IMG/VR virus record: IMGVR_UViG_3300032240_002285
Coordinates: 35,746-99,745 of that record
DNA: 64,000 bases
Reading direction: 5' to 3' (one strand)
From: a virus
The notes beneath the pieces are model-generated. The model was not told the DNA's origin and searched no databases. It saw only the letters and a list, made by a program, of their open reading frames with translations. This document shows positions 59,665 to 64,000 of the stretch, one piece after another (the stretch's first letter is position 1; each line of letters starts with the position of its first letter). The position numbers and the translations under genes are program-made.

Positions 59665-59883
59665 TTAGTTTTTATACCAAATGTTTTTTGGGTCGTTTTT
59701 ATATGCTCCGTGAAATTTGACTTCAAATTCTTTTACATATTGTTTAGTTATTTCTGTTTGGTCAGTCATTTGTAGATATACAAAATATGATTGGACTGAT
59801 AATCCTGTAAACACAATAAGGCAAGTTAGGTACAAGTATCCCCAAGCCAACGCATTTCCTGTTTTGTTTAGTATAGTTTTCAT
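59665..59883 (-). CDS. Small membrane protein
   Basis: One TM. Confidence 0.5.
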   Translation of the reverse strand: MKTILNKTGNALAWGYLYLTCLIVFTGLSVQSYFVYLQMTDQTEITKQYVKEFEVKFHGAYKNDPKNIWYKN

Positions 59884-59969
59884 AATGATTACGTTATTCT
59901 CATAAATATCACAAATAAAAAAAGGGAGTAAAAACTCCCTTTTTTATATTGACTTTATATTTTATATTA

Positions 59970-60554
59970 TTATATAGGTAAAATTTCTTTGATTTTACCA
60001 CACTTTAAACACTCTTCTTCACCATCACCATCTTCATCTCCCCACACATGTTCACATTGTCTGTGTTCAAAATACATATCAATTTTACCGTCACCGTCAA
60101 AATCTAAACCATCCATTTTACCATCACCATCTTCATCAATTTCAACACCTTTTCTTTCTTCTTTTGGTGTTTCAGCTTGGTCGTCAGCTTGGTCGGACTT
60201 GGTCGGTAACACTAATGATGATACGTCAGTTGGAACAATTGGATTGTTTGGCATATCCGCAGTATTACTTAAGGATGTGCCATCTTCTTCGTCCATTTTC
60301 TGAACTAACATTTTATCTTTGTCTGTATCAGAGAACCAATAGTCAATGATTTTACCATAACTACCAATAAATGCACCCAATAACAACAATAGAAGTTCTT
60401 TCCATTCAGTTGACATTGGATTTTGGTTCATGATTGCAACAAAAATGCCTAATATGATTACCATGAATCCACCAAGAACGATGGCTGTAATAAACCATCT
60501 TCTTCTCATCATAGCATCTAATAAATCTCTAAATCCTGTGCTTGGTTGTGACAT
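59970..60554 (-). CDS. 2-TM protein with DxDGDG Ca-binding loops
   Basis: DEDGDG, DFDGDG, DEDGDG. Confidence 0.6.
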   Translation of the reverse strand: MSQPSTGFRDLLDAMMRRRWFITAIVLGGFMVIILGIFVAIMNQNPMSTEWKELLLLLLGAFIGSYGKIIDYWFSDTDKDKMLVQKMDEEDGTSLSNTADMPNNPIVPTDVSSLVLPTKSDQADDQAETPKEERKGVEIDEDGDGKMDGLDFDGDGKIDMYFEHRQCEHVWGDEDGDGEEECLKCGKIKEILPI

Positions 60555-60560
60555 ATTATA

Positions 60561-60887
60561 TTACCATTTTGGAGCCTCTTCTTTGAATTCGTCTCCTTCT
60601 TTTTTCTTAGGTTTAGGTGCTGGCGCTGGTTTAGCTGAGCCTGATGGTTTTTCAACGACTCTTTCAATTACTTTTACTCCACCACCTGTTGCTTGTTGTG
60701 CTTGTTGATTTGAATTTGTAATGTTAATCACTGGTGCGGGTGCTGATGTCGCCTGTGCTGGCTCATCTGATTCACCTGTTAATTGTTTAGTAACATATCC
60801 ACCAACTCCTAACGCAATTGTACTTGCCAATCCAATTAGTATGCTCTTTAAAGAACCTCCACCTGAGTTTTCTGCTTCTTCTGCCAT
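60561..60887 (-). CDS. Single-TM protein
   Basis: TM followed by a Pro/Gln-rich region. Confidence 0.55.
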   Translation of the reverse strand: MAEEAENSGGGSLKSILIGLASTIALGVGGYVTKQLTGESDEPAQATSAPAPVINITNSNQQAQQATGGGVKVIERVVEKPSGSAKPAPAPKPKKKEGDEFKEEAPKW

Positions 60888-60890
60888 TTT

Positions 60891-61217
60891 TTATTTATTT
60901 AATTCATTTTTTATTTCTTCAACTTCTTTTTTCACGTCTTCAACTAAAACTTCAGAGGATTTTATTGCATCTGCAACATCTGCCATGTCTTTAGTTTCAA
61001 CCGCTTTTTCAATTTTTTCAGCAACTACTTCCGATTCATTTATTTGAGATTCTAACTTCTCTTCAATTTCATCAATTTTATGTAATACTTTCTTAGCATC
61101 AGATGCTAAACCAGGAGCATATTTGGCTGATTTATCAATCAGAACTTCAGCTTGTTCTTCCAATTTGTCAATTTTGACAAATAACCCTTTAATAAAAGAA
61201 AATATTTTTTTTAACAT
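60891..61217 (-). CDS. Coiled-coil protein
   Basis: Amphipathic N-terminus, E/K heptads. Confidence 0.5.
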   Translation of the reverse strand: MLKKIFSFIKGLFVKIDKLEEQAEVLIDKSAKYAPGLASDAKKVLHKIDEIEEKLESQINESEVVAEKIEKAVETKDMADVADAIKSSEVLVEDVKKEVEEIKNELNK

Positions 61218-61230
61218 TTTGTTTGTTTTT

Positions 61231-61602
61231 TTATAGTTTATTAAAATCTGTTATACCCATTTCTTTACCTGATACATCGTAGAATCCAATTCTATAAGCC
61301 GATGAAGGTAATGCCGACGTATAAACTTTAAGTACATTATCACCTACTTTTAGGTCTATTGTTTCTTTTGACACCACTTTATTTGAAATGTCAAAAATTT
61401 TGATTGTTGCAATTCCAGCAACTTGACTTTTTACATTCATTGCAACTTCAGAAGTTACGAATGGAGATTGTAACTTTATTCCAACAGAATTTGCAATTGC
61501 TAATTCAGGTGTTACTTGTTGGATATTTGGAAGAATTTCATTTTCTTTTGTACATCCAAAAAGAATCATTGAACTTAATACTACTATAAATACCTTTTTC
61601 AT
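61231..61602 (-). CDS. Lipoprotein with T9SS-CTD-like domain
   Basis: ILFG-C; IKIFDISNKVV...G.N....SALPSSAY. Confidence 0.65.
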   Translation of the reverse strand: MKKVFIVVLSSMILFGCTKENEILPNIQQVTPELAIANSVGIKLQSPFVTSEVAMNVKSQVAGIATIKIFDISNKVVSKETIDLKVGDNVLKVYTSALPSSAYRIGFYDVSGKEMGITDFNKL

Positions 61603-61618
61603 TTGTTTTTGTTTTTAT

Positions 61619-61969
61619 TTAATTATTTATAATTGTTGTCTTACCAATTTGATTCTTATTAATGTCTTCTAACACTAATAGTAAATACCCTTTAGGTAAG
61701 GAATTTGTATATATTTTTTTAATGTTTTCCCCTTTTTGCCCAACAAATCTTTCTCTAGTAACAACTTGATTGTTGGAATTATTAATCAATGTTAATGTGT
61801 GTATTCCTGAAGATAATAATTTGAAATGTATTGACTGTGCATTTGTAACGGCACTTTCTTTTACACTAAAAATATCATCTTTAGCCATTACTTCAGGAAA
61901 TGGTATTTCAGGGATTGTACATCCTACTAATAAAATAAAAGGTATAATTAATAATTTTTTTATCATTTT
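61619..61969 (-). CDS. Lipoprotein with T9SS-CTD-like domain
   Basis: LLVG-C; GEN.KKIYTNSLPKGY; paralog of its neighbour. Confidence 0.6.
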   Translation of the reverse strand, partial: KMIKKLLIIPFILLVGCTIPEIPFPEVMAKDDIFSVKESAVTNAQSIHFKLLSSGIHTLTLINNSNNQVVTRERFVGQKGENIKKIYTNSLPKGYLLLVLEDINKNQIGKTTIINN

Positions 61970-62217
61970 ATTTTGATATAATTTGGTTTTTTCCAAGGGT
62001 TTGAATAGTATTCACCACTTTTCCATTTATTTATTTTAAATTTTGCCATATCTTCCGAGTAATAAACAATATTATCATCATACCATTTATCCAAACCATG
62101 TTTTCTCATTGGCAAATACAATGAATACCCTGTCCCATCGTATTGTATTACTCTAATTTTATAACTTGTGCAAGACACCATTAAAAATATAAAAAATAAA
62201 AATAGTGTTTTTTTCAT
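61963..62217 (-). CDS. Small lipoprotein
   Basis: LMVS-C lipobox. Confidence 0.5.
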   Translation of the reverse strand: MKKTLFLFFIFLMVSCTSYKIRVIQYDGTGYSLYLPMRKHGLDKWYDDNIVYYSEDMAKFKINKWKSGEYYSNPWKKPNYIKIK

Positions 62218-64000
62218 TAGTTCATTTTAACTTTTAATTGTGTTCCATTTTTACTTACAGCGTCTGTGGTAGAAACTGAGGTTAGACCTAAAGTATCACT
62301 TAATAACATTAGAGGTAAAAATGTAATTTTATATTCTGTCGTTTTATCCAAAGTAGTTGACCCATCAGATATTAATGAACCAATATTTATGAAATTACCT
62401 TTATCTGTACCATAATTTATAGGATTACCTTTTGTCGTAAATTCAACTTTTTCAAATTTTAAAGCGGTATTTTCATAGTTTAACTGAAATTGAGTACCAA
62501 CAACTTCTTGTTGTAATGGGTCCAAAGTTATTGTTACAATTAATTTATTATCAATATTTTCACCCATCAAAGATGCAAATATTTCATTTGTACTTAATCT
62601 CGAGTTCATAGTTTTAACACTATTAGTTGTTAATCCATTTGAATTTGGTGTAGTTGAGTGAGATAAATTAACATCTCCTTTCCAAGCAATTGCTATATTT
62701 AAGGTGTCAATTGATTTTCCTGTGTTTACATCAAATGAGTAATTATTACCTATATTATTTGATATCGTAGTCCAATTTGATTTGCCTATTAAATCATATT
62801 TTGTTTGTGAGAACAATTTTATTGTGCTGTTTAAAGTCAAATTGTCTACAATATTTTTTACCCCTGTTAAATGTTGTAATAACAAAAAACAATCGGATTC
62901 ATTAAATACTCCATCGTCGTTTACATCTGAATTTTTATACTGAATACCGTAGGTAAACTCATTTCCTGTTTGATTACCAAATAAACCATTATTTGATAAT
63001 TCTTTAAAGGCCAAATAAACATCAGAAACTGTTAAAATACTATTATATAGAGTTGGTAAATTATTTGTGGTGCTTACAACAACTGACTGTGGTTTATATA
63101 CCATTGTTGGCATAAATGAAACGGTACAAGTGAATGCGTAGTCAGTGTGTGAATTATTTACATCTCTTATGTTTGGAAGATACGTTGAAGTACCGTCTGT
63201 TATTTTAGTTAATGACGAAGGTACTTTATATTCAGCCCATCCATTTACATCATGTGTTAAATAAGTCACAGGACCGTCATAAGCATCCAGTATTTTAACA
63301 TTTTTTACAGTTGTGGGGTCTACAGTTCCAAACTGTCTCATGTCTATAAGAAGTCTACTATTACCATTACCCAACCAACTAGCATTAGGATTTACATAAG
63401 ACCATTCAGTATTTCCTGCAGAAATTGTAGGTTTAAATCCATCATTTATTTTTATACTATCTAAATCATTTGTAATATCAACTTTACCTGTGACATCTAA
63501 CTGCGAAGTATTAATTAAAAATTTAGTTGCATCTAAATTAGTATTGAATTTGAAATTTGCAATTGCCTGTTTAGTTGGTTTTGGTGGGTCTGTAGTTGTC
63601 ACCTCATTTGATTGTAGAGACCAAGTACTTTGAGAGGGTCTTTTCCAAACTAAACGCATACCCCAACCTCCTCCCCAGTTTTGGTATCTTGCCATAAATT
63701 TATATGATTTACCTGCAACTAAAGAAACATTTCCATATCTGTATCCACCAAAGCTGTGTGCTCCATAAAATGACGTAACAACAATTCCATCCAAAGAAAA
63801 ATCAACAGCATCATCACCATCTATACCAAACGAATATGTACCAGTTTCTTTTGGGACAAAATAACCTTCAAATTTTATACCAGTATACGAACCACCGTTA
63901 GGTGTTGTACTAATGAAACCATTTTGAAATGAAAGACAATTTTGGGCACTGTTCACCCCACTTGAAAAAAGCTTTGTACCTTTAGTAACATCAAACATAT
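62217..64000 (-). CDS. Large secreted protein: PA14 + dockerin-like + cohesin-like domains (5' end outside window)
   Basis: FEGYFVPKETGTYSF.IDGDD (PA14); DVNDDGVFNESD (dockerin-like Ca loop); GTQFQLNYEN..LKF (cohesin-like). Confidence 0.7.
   Translation of the reverse strand, partial: MFDVTKGTKLFSSGVNSAQNCLSFQNGFISTTPNGGSYTGIKFEGYFVPKETGTYSFGIDGDDAVDFSLDGIVVTSFYGAHSFGGYRYGNVSLVAGKSYKFMARYQNWGGGWGMRLVWKRPSQSTWSLQSNEVTTTDPPKPTKQAIANFKFNTNLDATKFLINTSQLDVTGKVDITNDLDSIKINDGFKPTISAGNTEWSYVNPNASWLGNGNSRLLIDMRQFGTVDPTTVKNVKILDAYDGPVTYLTHDVNGWAEYKVPSSLTKITDGTSTYLPNIRDVNNSHTDYAFTCTVSFMPTMVYKPQSVVVSTTNNLPTLYNSILTVSDVYLAFKELSNNGLFGNQTGNEFTYGIQYKNSDVNDDGVFNESDCFLLLQHLTGVKNIVDNLTLNSTIKLFSQTKYDLIGKSNWTTISNNIGNNYSFDVNTGKSIDTLNIAIAWKGDVNLSHSTTPNSNGLTTNSVKTMNSRLSTNEIFASLMGENIDNKLIVTITLDPLQQEVVGTQFQLNYENTALKFEKVEFTTKGNPINYGTDKGNFINIGSLISDGSTTLDKTTEYKITFLPLMLLSDTLGLTSVSTTDAVSKNGTQLKVKMN

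Overview
A 64 kb, AT-rich fragment of a large (jumbo-type) T4-like tailed phage. The host is most likely Bacteroidota, judged from TAnnTTTG promoters, absence of Shine-Dalgarno sites, a Bacteroidota-type bS21, D-S/T-X O-glycosylation sequons and T9SS-CTD-like folds. The standard genetic code is used. From left to right the window holds: (1) a head-assembly module (scaffold-like ORF, prohead protease, bS21, portal, TerL); (2) a Clp module (tandem-UVR protein, N-domain-less ClpC, with ClpP further right); (3) a tmRNA with a long, atypical tag; (4) two minus-strand tRNA arrays interleaved with tRNA-like RNAs and unexplained structured RNAs (16 conventional tRNAs in the whole window); (5) carbamoyltransferases and 2OG-Fe oxygenases; (6) a split tRNA-repair set (phosphoesterase, kinase, Rnl1 ligase) and thyA; (7) an envelope operon (CsgG-like, lipoproteins, PA14/dockerin/cohesin). 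The best candidate for a new system: each tRNA array is headed by an unannotated 34-codon leader ORF ending D-[IV]-I-[LV]-G-stop and followed by an intrinsic terminator, and each leader's codons match the anticodons of its own array. This suggests translation-coupled attenuators that switch on phage tRNAs when those tRNAs become limiting. All family assignments come from motif recognition by eye; no searches were run.
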